A model generated the notes under the pieces. It was given only the letters and a program-made list of their open reading frames with translations, was not told the DNA's origin and ran no database searches. DNA of 63,697 nt, the filler included, from Octopus bimaculoides (lineage: Eukaryota), in assembly GCF_001194135.2 (NCBI RefSeq). It is 4 parts of 4 records of this genome, joined end to end, with 100 filler letters (N's around TTAATTAATTAA, not from the genome) between each part and the next. Parts side by side here need not be neighbours in the genome. Positions count along the whole stretch, not along the records: positions 29,264 to 58,790 come from NC_068982.1; positions 58,891 to 61,825 come from NC_069006.1; positions 61,926 to 63,697 come from NC_068981.1; 1 more part is not named here. One strand, 5' to 3'. The stretch's first letter is position 1; each line of letters begins with the position of its first letter. Positions 48,779 to 62,274 of the stretch are shown in pieces. Made by a program: the position numbers and the translations under genes.

Positions 48779-50480
48779 CTGGAAATTCCTAGGACTATAT
48801 TCTGTTTCTTAGGAATTTCCAGAAAATTTATTTAAAAACTTATATGTTGCTAGACAGTCTTAAAATGCTTGAGTGATTCAGCAAACAGTCTTTTATGTGT
48901 GCCTCACAAAGACATTTTCCCAGAATTCTCAAGGTCCAAATTCTAAGGAAACTTTTTAGAAATGCAGTTGCATTTGGTTTCTATCAAAGAAAGGTTCTCA
49001 TTTAATGCAGATGTTTCAACAACATTATGATTTGGAAAAGTTTTGTGATTAGTGGAGTAATTTAAGGAGAGTGGAATTTTGAATAAGTCAGTATTTCTTT
49101 ATACAAATATAGTTCTTTGTGCAATCACAAACAGTTGCATGTAAATGTACATGTGTCTGGCATGTTCTGGAATTCAGGAATGATCAAATTTTATGGACGT
49201 TTACCTGCTGAAATTTTTTTTTTTTAATATTGAAACTCTTTAAGCAAAACTTTCTGAATCCAACCTTGATTTGGTAAAAAATACAATTATTGAAGCAAGT
49301 ACCATGGTTAAATTTGGTAGAGATATTAACTGCAAACATAGACCGCGTTTGGGTGTCTGGAATGTTCTTTGCAAAAAATATACTAAATTAAATTGTGATA
49401 AAGCTAATTTAACTAATGATCCTTGCAACAAAGATGAGTTTAAAGGTACATTTAAGGATGAGGATCAAAACAGATTTTGCAGTTATGAATATGGTTATTA
49501 TGTCAATCAGCAATAAATTGAACTTAGTGAAGTAGTTCCTATTGCAGAAGACCTTTCCACTTTCATGTCATTAAAAAAGTGAGAACAGTTGTCAATTGAT
49601 TTTGTAGGTCTCCAACAAAAAACAAGAAAGATGTTAAAGATGAGCATGGTCATGATACGCAGTTAATCAGTAATACTGTTGTTCTTGCTGGCACTCCGTC
49701 ACTTACGACGTCAAAGGTTCCAGTTGATCCGATCAACGGGCCTGCTTGTGAAATTAACGTGCAAGTGGCTGAGCACTCCACAGACACGTGTACCCCTAAC
49801 GTAGTTCTCGGGGATATTCAGCGTGACACAGTGTGACAAGGCTGGCCCTTTGAATTACAGGCACAACAGAAACAGGAAGTAAGAGTGAGAGAAAGTTGCG
49901 GTGAAAGAGTACAGCAGGGTTCGCCACCATCCCCTGCCGGAGCCTTGTGGAGCTTTAGGTATTTTCGCTCAATAAACACTCACAACGCTCGGTCTGGGAA
50001 TCGAAACCGCGAGTCCGCTACCCTAACCACTGGACCATTGCGCCTCCACAATCAGTAATACTAAGACTGATTGAATAGTTTAAGGAAATGTTTAAATGAT
50101 TTTTACTCTTTAGAAACTATATTGTAAGATTTATGAAAGAATGAGCTACTTCTCAGTTTTTCAGACATTGAATTTAACGCTGTCCCTGCTGTTATATCAA
50201 TGCTGGAACTAATTAATATTGGAATTTAAAAATTAGGTCAAACAAATGCAATCTTGATCTCTGCAGAAGGCTTAAGTTTTTATACTAGAAGATAGAATCG
50301 ATAGAATACTCCAGTGTCTCACCTGCTGAGAGAATGTTTTTAGAAAAGACTCCAATAGTAAAGGAGGAAAATATTTGATTGGATTAACAATGCATTTAAA
50401 TAATCCTCTTTTAATTTTGGATCCATTTAATTCATTTCTAATTTTGTCATCAGAAATTTCACTGCAAAGTATTGAGAAGA
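48779..50480 (+). pseudogene. Possible ancient hAT transposase relic, interrupted by a SINE
   Basis: Near 50305-50400, YSSVSPAERMF*KRL and KYLIGLTMH loosely match the hAT dimerisation motif (SSASAERSFS...RL.GLA.L); very degraded. Confidence 0.3.
49678..50049 (-). mobile_element. Full-length family-C SINE with perfect 13-bp target-site duplication
   Basis: AATCAGTAATACT at 49665-49677 and 50050-50062. Confidence 0.95.
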
Positions 50481-50483
50481 AAC

Positions 50484-50720
50484 TCATCATCATTGACATC
50501 ATTGACATCATTGACATCATTGACATCATTTAACATCTGTTTTCCATGCAGGCATGGGTTGGAGAGGAGCTGGCAAGACCAGGAGCTGCGCCAAGTTACA
50601 TTGTTTGCTTTGGCATGGCTACTACAGCTGGATGCCTTTCCTAATGCCAACCATTTTACAGAGTGTACTGGGTGCTTTTTACATGGGACCAGCATTGATA
50701 TGGTCACCAAGTACCTTGCA
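50484..50720 (-). mobile_element. RTE-type tail with a 9-bp (CATCATTGA)n terminal repeat
   Basis: CAGCTGGATGCCTTTCCTAATGCCAACC and TTTTAACATCTGTTTCCATGC; about four CATCATTGA units. Confidence 0.8.
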
Positions 50721-51044
50721 GGACAAAAGCCTCTCAAATTGGAGTGGGGAGTAGTATTGAGTGAGTATGGCTTTGTGGCAGTTGAAAGATTTAAGGTATA
50801 GAAGGGACAGATATAGATGTCTTGCTGTTGAGTAGTTACATGGAAAACAAAGATTGAGTTGGACAGTAAGATAAAGAGAGTGGCAGTGAGAGTGATAATG
50901 GTAGAGATGTGTTGAGACATGCCCTTGAGGGACATTGGGTGGGGTGAGAATAGGTGAGGTAATATAGAGGTTTGGGCTGGATGAGTGGGCAAGATGAGGT
51001 GACTGTAGCAAAATGTTGATCACTTAGAAGAATCTCTAATTTAC

Positions 51045-51530
51045 CGTTCCAAATTTAAATAGATAATAATTGGAGCAGTCATTTTCTTCAAAAACAGTAA
51101 TAGGCATTCTTGCAGTAAGTACCAGGGCTTCAGTTTGATTGACATTGTGGCTGAGATATTCATTATTATTCCACAACACAGATTTCATCATAAACGTGAT
51201 AAATTCTCGATGTGGTTTTTGTTATGGATGCCACTGCATAGATGAAATTTTTACTTGGAGAATGGTGCTGGAACAAAATGGAAGCTACTAACAGTGGTGC
51301 ATTATTTTGGACTAATTTGTGACAAATACACATATGTCCAATCAGTTGTTGGAGGCCTCAATGTGTATTCATCACATTAGCATGGAAACCAATACAACCA
51401 AGGCAAAACTATATCTGCTGGCATGTCACCCTCTGAAAGAGTCTCTGTCATATTCAGCAGTAAGATTTTGGAAGAGGTTGATCGCTTGTACTTTTATATA
51501 ATGCTACCTTCACTGCTACAGCAAAGGCAA
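51045..51530 (+). mobile_element. Old RTE-clade LINE RT fragment (second family)
   Basis: IFFKNSNRHSCSKYQGFSLIDIVAEIF...RCGFCYGCHCIDEIFTWRMVLEQ matches PIFKKG...NYRGISL...QCGFR.GR.CIDQIFTLR..LEQ. Confidence 0.7.
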
Positions 51531-52174
51531 AGATGAAATAGTTACCTGTATCAACCAAGTACATTGTCATTTTCAAAACTAGGTTTTGGTCTAGATCAGA
51601 GAACCATGTGACTACAAAAATTCGTGTATATCCAATTGCTTGCTGTATAGTTGCAATGCATGCCCAATAAGTATGGCAAACACTTTTCTGCCTTTGCTGT
51701 ATCCTCTTTGTTTGCACTTAGGACTTATCTCATTGTTTGTTTTTCTTGCTCAAAGGCTTCTTTGGGGGTTTGATACACACTCCATTGTGCTTGGAGCAAA
51801 CTCAGCTATGAGTTTCACTGCAGTTCCTACTGAGATTACAAAATTGATAAGGTAGGCAGCTGCAAATATGAATTTGTATGATCAAGTCAGATATTAGATC
51901 TATGCCTATGCCTTGTTTATATAATGTCTGCTGTAGAAATCATGATTGGTTGGTTGATGATTTACGTTGGACATCTGATTGCTAAATGTGGTTGGTTTCT
52001 GTTTGCAATCTCATAGATTCACTGGGGGAAGCTGACTCAACTTATACACTGACATGAAATATATCTCGGTATTAGCCCATGTTCAATAGAAAATGATGTA
52101 ACACACATATGTGCACTCCACGTCCTGATGCAACCAGTATGCAGTGGATGAAAGACAGAAAACACTCTAGACAC

Positions 52175-52520
52175 AGGCATGACAATATAGTTAACAAGTT
52201 TGCTTTCAAACCTGTGGTTTGGGATTCAGTCCCACTGTACAGCACCTTGAGCAAGTGTCATCTACTATGACCCCTGGCTGATCTAAGCTTTGCCAGTGAA
52301 TGGAAACTGAAAGAAACCTGTAATTGTATGTGTGTGTGTACATATCCCCTTGTTTTGAAATTGTGCACTATTTGTAAACAAACATTGCCATCATATAAGC
52401 ACTGCTGTTTGTTTGCAATTTTCCCTGAAAACATGTCCAGCCATTAAACAGTTCATGGTTAAAAAACTATGTAATACATTTCCTTACCTAGAAATATATG
52501 AAGGTTGATGACGGTATCCA
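52175..52520 (+). mobile_element. Old B-head SINE with a different body
   Basis: GATTCAGTCCCACTGTACAGCACCTTGAGCAAGTG...GGAAACTGAAAGAAACC. Confidence 0.6.
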
Positions 52521-54012
52521 TAAGTTAAGCTTGTTGAAAGTATAACATTTGAACACATATCATGACAAGCAGAAAAATATTACTGATGATTGCAAATATT
52601 GGTACAAGGCTACACAGGGTTTGAGAGAAAAATAGTTAATTAAATTTACTTCAGTACTTGACTGGAGTTATATTTTAATGACCAGAGTGATGGAAATGGG
52701 TCTCAGGAAAACTCATTTCCATCACTACTTCCCTACCATCATAAGCTGAGAAGTTGAGGAATGTTGTCCCCTTACATACCTTCTTCATTTCCATCACTGC
52801 TTAGAAGGATAAAAGCAAAGTTGACCATGGCAAAATCTGAACTCAGGTTGAACTGTATCTGAATACTGTCGGTCACTTCGTCAGGCATAACAATTCTGAC
52901 CATTCAAATATGGCAGAACTGTGAGGAAATCTGACTGGATGTCTTATAAGTATTTGTTCCATTTCTTTGCATTCTGAGTTCAATTACTGCCATGGCTTAC
53001 TTGGACAGTAGCCTTAATTTGTTATTCAGTTTAACATCACCATCTGGCACTTTGGGTTCTTTTAGCAGACCCCACTCTATTGTAAGCATTTGGGTTGGAT
53101 CTCCAGTTTAAGGATGATTTCATCCCTCTCTCCCATTAGTCTTGGAAGCCTTGTCAAGGGTACTATCATCTTCCTCAAATAAAAGATAAATGTGTGAGTT
53201 TGTGTATAGTTTCAACCTTGTAAATTGTAAGATGAAATTCATCAAAGACCAAATTTGTCCTTCAACTCTCTAGAGTATAAGTACCAGGCATATTAACTTA
53301 AATGACTATAATCTAAAAATGTGGTTTAGTAAGATATATTTACTAGAAAACCGGTCTTTTTTTTTTTTACTTTTTTTTTTCTCATAATTTTAGCAACTCA
53401 TTTATTTACTTAATGGGTGTTAAAAGACTAGAAAATTTTTTAAAATATACATAAACATCATCTGAAAGTTAATTGCTCCCAGCCTTTCCCAAGACAATTA
53501 TGATGTCTTTTTTTTTAATCTAGTTTTACATTTCTATGGTCCTGATGACTTTTGGATATACATAACTGATAAAACATCTGTTACTATTGCTCACTAGCCC
53601 CTAGGCCAGCTCTGATTGAACATGAAATTAGTCTGATATTTATAATTAATCAAGGTGCAACCCACATAAACAGTGTTCCTGATATACTGTTTCTCTTCTC
53701 AAGTGAAACCCATATAACATACTCATGCAGCTTAAAAGTTTGTTTCTGTACATCTGTAGATTCTGGGGATCTAGTCTTTTTCATTCGAAAAATGAGCCCC
53801 TTTTAATTTTGCTCAGGTTGCTTTCAATTTTGGTATATGATGCAATTCTGAATTTTGATTACAATCAACCAATTACTTTATCTTGTAAATTAAAGAATCT
53901 GATGTTATTTGGAATTAAAGTTGGGAAATTTGGGTATTATGCCTGCCAGAAAAATATATTGAATGGTACTGCTTCAATGCCTATCAAACTATCACTTTAC
54001 ATAGAAACACAT

Positions 54013-54235
54013 GTAACTGTTTTGTCACCATATTTCTACTGAAATACACTGCCTTTGTTCAGTTCATTTAAAAAATGAAGAATTTAATAAAATAACTTAG
54101 TCATTATTATGCTGGTGTTTGGAACATGAATTAACATGAAATTTTGGTAGACAATTTCAGTTTAGATCAATTACGAGCAAAAAGTTTGTATCATAGAACC
54201 AGTAGTCTCAGGTGGTTTGGTATCAAAAGGGTTAA
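54013..54235. mobile_element. Degenerate piggyBac-type MITE
   Basis: Right end TGGTATCAAAAGGG-TTAA; left end GTAACTGTTTTGTCACCA matches its reverse complement at 13 of 18 positions. Confidence 0.5.
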
Positions 54236-55494
54236 AGTAAATGTTTTACAGTTTACAGTTGTGTACCTATCCTACCTAGTAAGCACATTAAAAGTAAAAG
54301 TTGAAATAAACAGCTAGCAGTAAACAGAGTGTAAATACTTCATCAAGGATTACTACATAATTAGGTTGTAAAACAAGTTATATAATTATTATTTTACAAA
54401 CTGGCTGAAACAAACCAAGGAAACTGGTCAGTCCAGTTATGAGTAATCATGTAGGAGTTTAAGGCTACATTTCAATGTCATTTAGACATAACAGTTCAAT
54501 GTCATTGTGCATTCTTGTCAGTGTTAAATAGAGCCAGCAAATAGACTTAATGAATACAATGACGTAGACTGGAATTCTGGGAATGGTTTCAGAAATTCAT
54601 GTTTTATTTTAGTACTAATGCCTCACACTAAAGTACTAATTGGCGTAATACAGGATCTGTATATCCTTTCCTCTGGCTGTCTATCATTTCTCCTTTCCCT
54701 CACTATCTTGTTCTCTCTTTCACACTCAAATAAGTAATCAGACTTAGATACTTTACTAGAATCCTGTGGATGTGAAGTTCTTTCCACTTGCCTGCTAATT
54801 CACCTTCCATTATGTCATAGGTGGCTTTTGTTATATAATCAATCACATCTAAGAACCATTACTCCTGTGCAACTTTTTGCAAACATATATTATGTATAAA
54901 AGTAGTTGCCTGGATTAATCAGAATGGATAACATTACTGGATGTGTTTGGTCAGAATGGTGAATGTGGCACTGTAAGATATTAAAATGGATGTGTTGTAT
55001 GCATAAGCGGTAATAAATTCCAACTGATCAAGATTGAATTCTGTTTTCATATTATACTTATAGCATTTTCAGTTTTTATACATCAGTAACACCTTCTAAT
55101 AAACTATTAACTTTACACTAAAAGCTCTTCTATAAAAACTGTCTTGTTGAAGTAGAGTTCTTATGATGACTGATTGAGTAATTAAATACTTATGGCTCTC
55201 TTTACAAGGGAGATATACAAATATAAAGTGTCTTTTTCAATATCAACATAGATTTACATCCATATGTGTACCTGCCTATAATATATATGTCTGTGCGTGT
55301 GTGTGTGTATGTATACATACACACAAGTTTGTAATAATGACGTCAAACGAAATTGTGATATTTTGAAATCATTTAATATATATGTTTCAAATTTGCGTAA
55401 TATATGACAGGAAATGCATCCCTCCTCAGTTAAAACATGAAGGAATTAGCGTAACATGAAATACATGTGTGTGTGTATGCATATATATATATAT

Positions 55495-55695
55495 TCTTTT
55501 ACTTGTTTCAGTCATTTGACTGCGGCCATGCTGGAGCATCGCCTTTAGTTGAGCAAATAGACCCCAGGACCTATTCTTTGTAAGCTTAGTACTTATTCTA
55601 TCATTCTCTTTTGCCAAACCACTAAGTTACGGGGACGTAAACATACCACCATCAGTTGTCAAGCGGTTGTCCGCTTCGGTTGTCAAACCGGCATA

Positions 55696-55745
<50 letters not shown>

Positions 55746-55902
55746 CGACAGGCTTCTTTCAGTTTCCATCTACTAAATCCACTTACTTGGTTGGCCCAAG
55801 ACTATAGTAGAAGACACTTGCCCAAGGTGCCACACAGTGGGACTGAACCTGGAACCATGTGGTTGGTAAGCAAGCGGCTTACCACACAGCCACTCTTGCA
55901 CC
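55495..55902 (-). mobile_element. Full-length family-B SINE
   Basis: Complete head, CA tract and tail; followed by a (TG)n tract to about 56075. Confidence 0.9.
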
Positions 55903-56287
55903 TATATATGTGTGTGCATGTGTATGTGTGTGCATGTATATGTGTGTGTTTGTGTGCATGTATATATATGTGTGTGTGAGTGTGCATGTATATGTTGGTG
56001 TGCATGTATATGTGTGTGTGTGTGTGTGTGCATGTATGTGTGTGTGTGTGTGCATGTGTGTGTGTGTGTGTGTATATATATAAAATCACTAGAGTGGTAT
56101 TTTGACTCCCTTTAATGTTATTTATAAGCAAAGGGACAATTATATCTGTTAAATACAAGTTGTGCATTTAATCTAATACACAAATTGTATTTACTGAATT
56201 GATATTTAATTACTAATCAATTTAATGTAGAGGTGTTAAAGATTATTATTATTATTGTTGTTGATATTATTACTATTATTATTAACA

Positions 56288-56490
56288 TGGCATGCTGGCA
56301 GAGTCATTAACACCACAGGTAAAATGCTTAGTGGCATTTCGTCTATCTTTCCGTTTTGACTTTGAATTCAGTCAAGGCCGACTTGCCTTTTCATTCTTTC
56401 AGGGTCAATGAAATATCTACTATTTGACCAATATAATCAGCTCACCCCTTACCTGAACTTGCTGGCCTTGTGCCAACATTTGAAATCATT
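56288..56490 (+). mobile_element. Old family-A SINE
   Basis: GCTGGCAGAGTCATTAAC...GCTGGCCTTGTGCCAACATTTGAAATC. Confidence 0.7.
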
Positions 56491-57795
56491 ATAATTATTA
56501 TTACATACCCTATTAAATTTAGAATTGCTTAGATAATAATTTTTTGTTAGATATTAATAATTCAACAAATATTTAGTTGTTTTTTTTCTTTTTCTTTCTA
56601 AGTTTTTCAATCAATTGTCTTCCAACCAATTTGGTTTTCTCCAAATATACCTTTCTCTAAATAAGTCTTTCTAAGAGTATAAATTTCAACCAATTTGTCT
56701 TTCAGTCAATGTTCTTAACAGGAAATCATTCCACCTTATTGATTAAATACTAGCTGCTAGTATGTTTGTGCACATATATACATAGGCGTGTGTGTGTGCT
56801 TTCTTTATGTTGTTCTTAAAAAGGCTTTCTATGAATTCCTTTCTACTTATTGTTGCTGTAGTTAATATTATATTTGTCTTATTTTTGTGTTTTAACTGAA
56901 TATGGAGAGAACTCTATCTGTTTAAGGGTAGCAGGCTTAATCTCTTACATAGGTGAACAGAGTAATCTGGCCCTTGAGCACATTTTTCAGACTCCTCTAT
57001 ATTGCAAGCATCCAACCCAGTCTTTGTTCTGCAGATAACCCATCAGTAGTTTTTTTGTTTTTTTTTGTTCCCCACCTTCTCCTAAAACTGGCTTTGGAGG
57101 CCAAGCAATAATCCACAATAAGTAAATAAATTAATTAATTAATTTCTCCCATTCAGATATATCTCTGCATACTGATATCTGGCTGATGCAGTTCATAATA
57201 TTGCTTACAACTGAACAGCAAATAGGTAAATACCACATTTTTCCAAATCAGACAAGGCTCACGTGAATAGCAATCTTGTATTAAGACTTAATAGGTTTGT
57301 AATTTAGATAAGCTCTTTGTATTTTGTGCTTAATTACATATCTTTCATAATAAGTAATTCATTAACAATTTATCGATCTGTTTGTCTAATTCTGTTTATT
57401 GACTTTGGTGTAAGTCTTTTATTGTTTTTTTTTTTTTGTCAGGATAAGTGGGTTTTGTTGCCATCTCTAATTGAGAGGATCTATGACCAAAGACATTCCA
57501 GTTGTGACCATGCCATTGATCTTGGGGTATCTAGGACTAAGTTATCTAATATCGTCTGTATTAAGATGGCATGGTTTGATCTGAGAGATCAAATTTGTTT
57601 CTAGTAGGTTGAGTTGTTGTACAGAGGTTTCCTGTTTTTTTTTTTTTTGTTGATCTTTATATTATATTTTCTTTAGCATATAAGCATTATATAAATGTGT
57701 GTGGGTGGGTGTAGTTATGTTTGTATGTATCTGTGAATATGTCAATACATATAATGCTATGTTTATACACACACACACACTTTTTTCTCTTTTAA

Positions 57796-58015
57796 CCCTT
57801 TAGCATTTAAACCAGCCACATCCTGCCCAAATGTTCTACCTGTTTTATGTCCAAACTAGTCAGATGTGGCTTCTCACACCCGTCCTACAATGTCATTCTA
57901 AAAATAAATTATCACATCATCAAAATCTTGAATCCATGAAATCATGCGTGACTAATTCAAAACAGTGTGAATAAATAAGTTTTACATTTGCTAAAGTAAT
58001 CTAAATGCTGAAGGG
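57796..58015. mobile_element. 220-bp piggyBac-type MITE with TTAA target-site duplications
   Basis: TTAA-CCCTTTAGCATTTA ... TAAATGCTGAAGGG-TTAA; terminal inverted repeats match at 13 of 14 positions. Confidence 0.85.
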
Positions 58016-58029
58016 TTAAATATATTAAC

Positions 58030-58070
<41 letters not shown>

Positions 58071-58544
58071 AAACATACCAATTCCTGTCTAATCTAGTGG
58101 ATTCCACATGTGTGTTGGAACATTCTGTGACATCACAACTTGTCAGTAAGAGTGTTGAAAATTTAAGACATTTTGAAAGTCAATCACTGCTATTATGATT
58201 AAAATGTCACATATCTGTAAGTTTCCTTATGATGCTGATTACAAAATGTTTACATAGAAAGTTATAAACATTTCAATGATATAAACTAAGAATGGGCTTT
58301 GCATTCTTCTTCTCTCCTATATCCAGAGTTGAGTGCTACAGTGTCTTAAATCCACTTAGCACAGAGGTCCCTCATTCAAAGATTTAGCCTCTTATACAGT
58401 TGAATGTATGTTTATTATAAATATACATAAAAACTATTATGCTGACTTCAAAATACATAGAAATACATTTCTAACCTGTTCGGGTGATTAGAAAAACTAA
58501 TTCAAAATAATTTCATTAACTCTTGCAAACTGTTGAGTTCTTCC

Positions 58545-58678
58545 TTTCAGCTGTGCAATAAGAAGTTTACTTCCCAATCACATAGTTTCCCGTTCAGTTC
58601 CACTGAATGGCATCTATAATCCTGGGCTGACCAAAGTGTTGTAAGTGGATTTGATTGTTAGAAACTGAAAGAAGCCTG

Positions 58679-58682
<4 letters not shown>
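58545..58682 (+). mobile_element. Old family-B SINE head
   Basis: GCTGTGCAATAAGAAG...GTTCAGTTCCACTG...GAAACTGAAAGAAGCCTGTC. Confidence 0.65.
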
Positions 58683-58723
<41 letters not shown>

Positions 58724-58790
58724 ATTATAAATTTTTCTTTAGAAAAGCATAGAAAGCATGGAGCATCTCATATATATAAATATATATATA

Positions 58791-58890
58791 NNNNNNNNNN
58801 NNNNNNNNNNNNNNNNNNNNNNNNNNNNNNNNNNTTAATTAATTAANNNNNNNNNNNNNNNNNNNNNNNNNNNNNNNNNNNNNNNNNNNN
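58791..58890. other. Artificial scaffold linker
   Basis: 44N-TTAATTAATTAA-44N. Confidence 0.95.
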
Positions 58891-59407
58891 TATATATATA
58901 TATATATATATCAAATGGGTGTGTTATAAAACTATTACGCACATGCAATAACAGCCATACTAAGAATCCAAACATACCTCCATCATCAGCTGCCCCACGG
59001 ATATCATTATGGTTTCGACATCTGGGCAGTACCATTCAATCCAGTGGTGTCAACAGCACTAAAATAAAAGCTGTTTAGGAACGAACATACCTTAGATATC
59101 ACCCCATTCATTCAATATTAACTCTAGGAAGGATTAAACACTAGCATTATTAATTAAACTACAACAAAGAAACCATATTTACCCTATGTACAAAAACAGT
59201 ATCGGTAAATAAATTCAATAAGTAAGCCCATAACTAACTCCTAAATTATCTAACGACTAGGCCCTTAAAGTCCATACAGATAATAGTCCCACCAGTTTTC
59301 CATAGTTATTAATATAAAAGTGAAAGCTTCTATGTTCTATTCTTTCCACAACAAAAATCAAACTCGATTGAACTTCAGTTAACTAATAATAAATATAATT
59401 CTAACTG

Positions 59408-59681
59408 AATGTAGAGCAGCCGAAACCAGCAGGCGTTGCTGCTGGCCGTCTGTTCGAAGGATTCTTTACCTAAATTCAGTGGAATACATCCACTGGTTTT
59501 CAAAATCAGAAATATTAATATTTCTAAATCTCTCTAAAGGAGACTACGGCAGTGGTACTGGATATTAATAGTTATCGCCAAGCTAACATGGCAGTCCAGG
59601 AAAATAGGATGAATGCTGCCGTTGATTAGCTCCAAGGCACCATCGCCTCTAGCTAGCTATGTAACACGCGAACCTGTGTCC
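59408..59681. repeat. Second locus of the structured 345-bp monomer family, permuted and partial
   Basis: Matches 29036-29145 followed by 28801-28963. Confidence 0.85.
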
Positions 59682-60122
59682 GACAGGTTTCTTTTAGTTT
59701 CCGTCGAAATTCACTCACAAGGAGTTGGTCGGCCTGAGGCTATACACTTGCCCAAGGTGCCACTTAGTGGAACTGAACCCGGTACTACGTGGCTGGGAAG
59801 CAAACTCCTTACCACACAGCCATATATCCGTATACATATATACATACACAGACACATTTCTATGCCTATGTGTGCGCGCGTGTGTGTGTCTCTTTGCGTC
59901 CTTATGTCGCTGTTTAACACACCACTGCTTGACAGCCGGTGGTGGTTTGTTTATGTTTACGTAGTTTTGCAGTCGGCAACAACCCAATATAATAAGCACC
60001 AATCTTTAAGAAGAGAAAACAAAACATAAGTACGTAATCGATTTATTGGTCGACAAAGACCATTCAAGGCGGTGCTCCAGCATGGCCACAGTCCAATGAC
60101 TGAAACAAGCAAGAAATAAATA
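59681..60122. mobile_element. Family-B SINE halves in opposite orientation
   Basis: Head on the minus strand 59681-59824, TA/CA/TG tract, tail on the plus strand about 59900-60122. Confidence 0.75.
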
Positions 60123-60827
60123 AATGAAAGAATTCGCATCATTCGACTTTGTGTCCAATTTCACACACTTTTTTCCCTGCTAAAATTCTTTTGTTTTTAC
60201 ATCCCATCACGTCACTTCTCGTCAACTCTCGCTTTTTCTCGTTTCTTATTTTTCATTTTTTTTTTCCGGTTTTGTTTTTGTAACACGAGACGCCATTTGA
60301 TATAATGTATCTTCGATTTTTCTTTACTTTTTATCATATCATATCATTCTTCCTCTTCTGTCTCTTATTCGGTATACAGGAGGGGAAAAAGAATTACAAA
60401 CAAAAACGAAAGAAAAAGAACAGAATATTGAAAAGATACGATGAGGAACGCTACTTGCGTTCCTTTCCTTCCAATCTTTGGCACTCAATAGATCGCACAA
60501 TTACACAATCTTCACAATCACTCAATCACACATTTCGAATATCTCTATACTCACACATTCGCTCACCTCAAACACACACACACACACACATACTTTCACA
60601 CTCCACTTGGCTACCTTTGTCTTCGAATAAGAAACCTTTACAAATGCAAACAGCAGCAAATATGCCATTTCCTTCTTGATGTTATAGGAGACATTAAAAG
60701 AGTTTTTTCTCTATTATTTTTTCTTCGTTTATTTCTTTTACGAGACACTATATGTATATTATTTTCTTCATCTGACATTCTGTAACATTAAATAACACAT
60801 TTTTATCAATATATTCCAAATACTTAC

Positions 60828-60881
<54 letters not shown>

Positions 60882-61785
60882 GTCTACCTATCTATTTATA
60901 TACCTATCCAACTTTCCCTCTCNNNNNNNNNNNNNNNNNNNNNNNNNNNNNNNNNNNNNNNNNNNNNNNNNNNNNNNNNNNNNNNNNNNNNNNNNNNNNN
61001 NNNNNNNNNNNNNNNNNNNNNNNNNNNNNNNNNNNNNNNNNNNNNNNNNNNNNNNNNNNNNNNNNNNNNNNNNNNNNNNNNNNNNNNNNNNNNNNNNNNN
61101 NNNNNNNNNNNNNNNNNNNNNNNNNNNNNNNNNNNNNNNNNNNNNNNNNNNNNNNNNNNNNNNNNNNNNNNNNNNNNNNNNNNNNNNNNNNNNNNNNNNN
61201 NNNNNNNNNNNNNNNGCCTATCTATCTATCTATCTATCTTTCTATGATTATGTCTCAGGTGAGTCTATGTTCTCTACCATTCTTGAATTTATGTCTCACG
61301 CTTTCTCCCCCACATCTCTCTCTCTGTCTTTCTCCTCTCTCTTTCTCTCTCTCTTCCTGTCTCTTGCATTTCAACAACATTCAATCAGATAGATGTAAGT
61401 ACGTATATATTTATGTGTATGTGTGTGTGTGTGCGTGTGTATGTGCATATATATGTACACACACACACATGTATTTATAAAAGCATAACTGTCCATATAT
61501 AATGCACACGCACATACACATTGACATATAAACACAATTATTCCCAAATACATTTAGCTAGATTTCTAGCTATCCAATTACTAAGCAAACAACTTATCTA
61601 TCTATTCAATTCTACCTCTACCTATCTGGCTAGCTTTCCGACCACACGATTGCTATCTGTCTCTCTACTTGTCCATCTATATACATACACGCCAGCCTCT
61701 TTCTTTCTAATTACCTCGATATCTATCTATCAATACATAAATATACATGTCCCTTTGTGTGAATCTGTCTGTGTACACGACTGTC

Positions 61786-61825
<40 letters not shown>

Positions 61826-61925
61826 NNNNNNNNNNNNNNNNNNNNNNNNNNNNNNNNNNNNNNNNNNNNTTAATTAATTAANNNNNNNNNNNNNNNNNNN
61901 NNNNNNNNNNNNNNNNNNNNNNNNN
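61826..61925. other. Artificial scaffold linker
   Basis: 44N-TTAATTAATTAA-44N. Confidence 0.95.
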
Positions 61926-61986
61926 AAATATATGTATAGCGGCGAAGAAAAACACTGTTAGATTATTAATAATAGATAAAATATAA

Positions 61987-61987
<1 letters not shown>

Positions 61988-62039
<52 letters not shown>

Positions 62040-62060
62040 TAATAATAATAATAATAATAA
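61988..62060 (+). repeat. (AAT)n microsatellite
   Basis: Direct reading; source of the poly-L ORF. Confidence 0.95.
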
Positions 62061-62274
62061 TGTAAAGGATTGATAAATGAGTAAAAACCAAACAAATGTG
62101 TAAAAAAAATGTGTAAAGCAAAACAAACATGTGCTGGTCTTAAAAATAGATTTAATATTCAAGAAAGACTTTTGTTGTTTTTTGTTTTTTTGTTTTTTTA
62201 AATTTTTATTTTTCTTCCATTACATCGTTTAGTTTATTTGAGATTTTTCGACCAAACAAATGCTCCGCGTCATT

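Noticed and set aside
49271-49516. 81-aa Cys/Lys-rich ORF as a host gene
   Set aside because: Surrounded by stop-riddled sequence with a SINE insertion; more likely part of a decayed transposon.
20870-55345. Three CRE palindromes TGACGTCA (20870, 38317, 55338)
   Set aside because: Roughly one is expected by chance in 64 kb; they are unclustered and lack promoter context.
60289-60299. YY1-like motif CGCCATTTG as a promoter mark
   Set aside because: A single short motif with no independent evidence for a transcription start.
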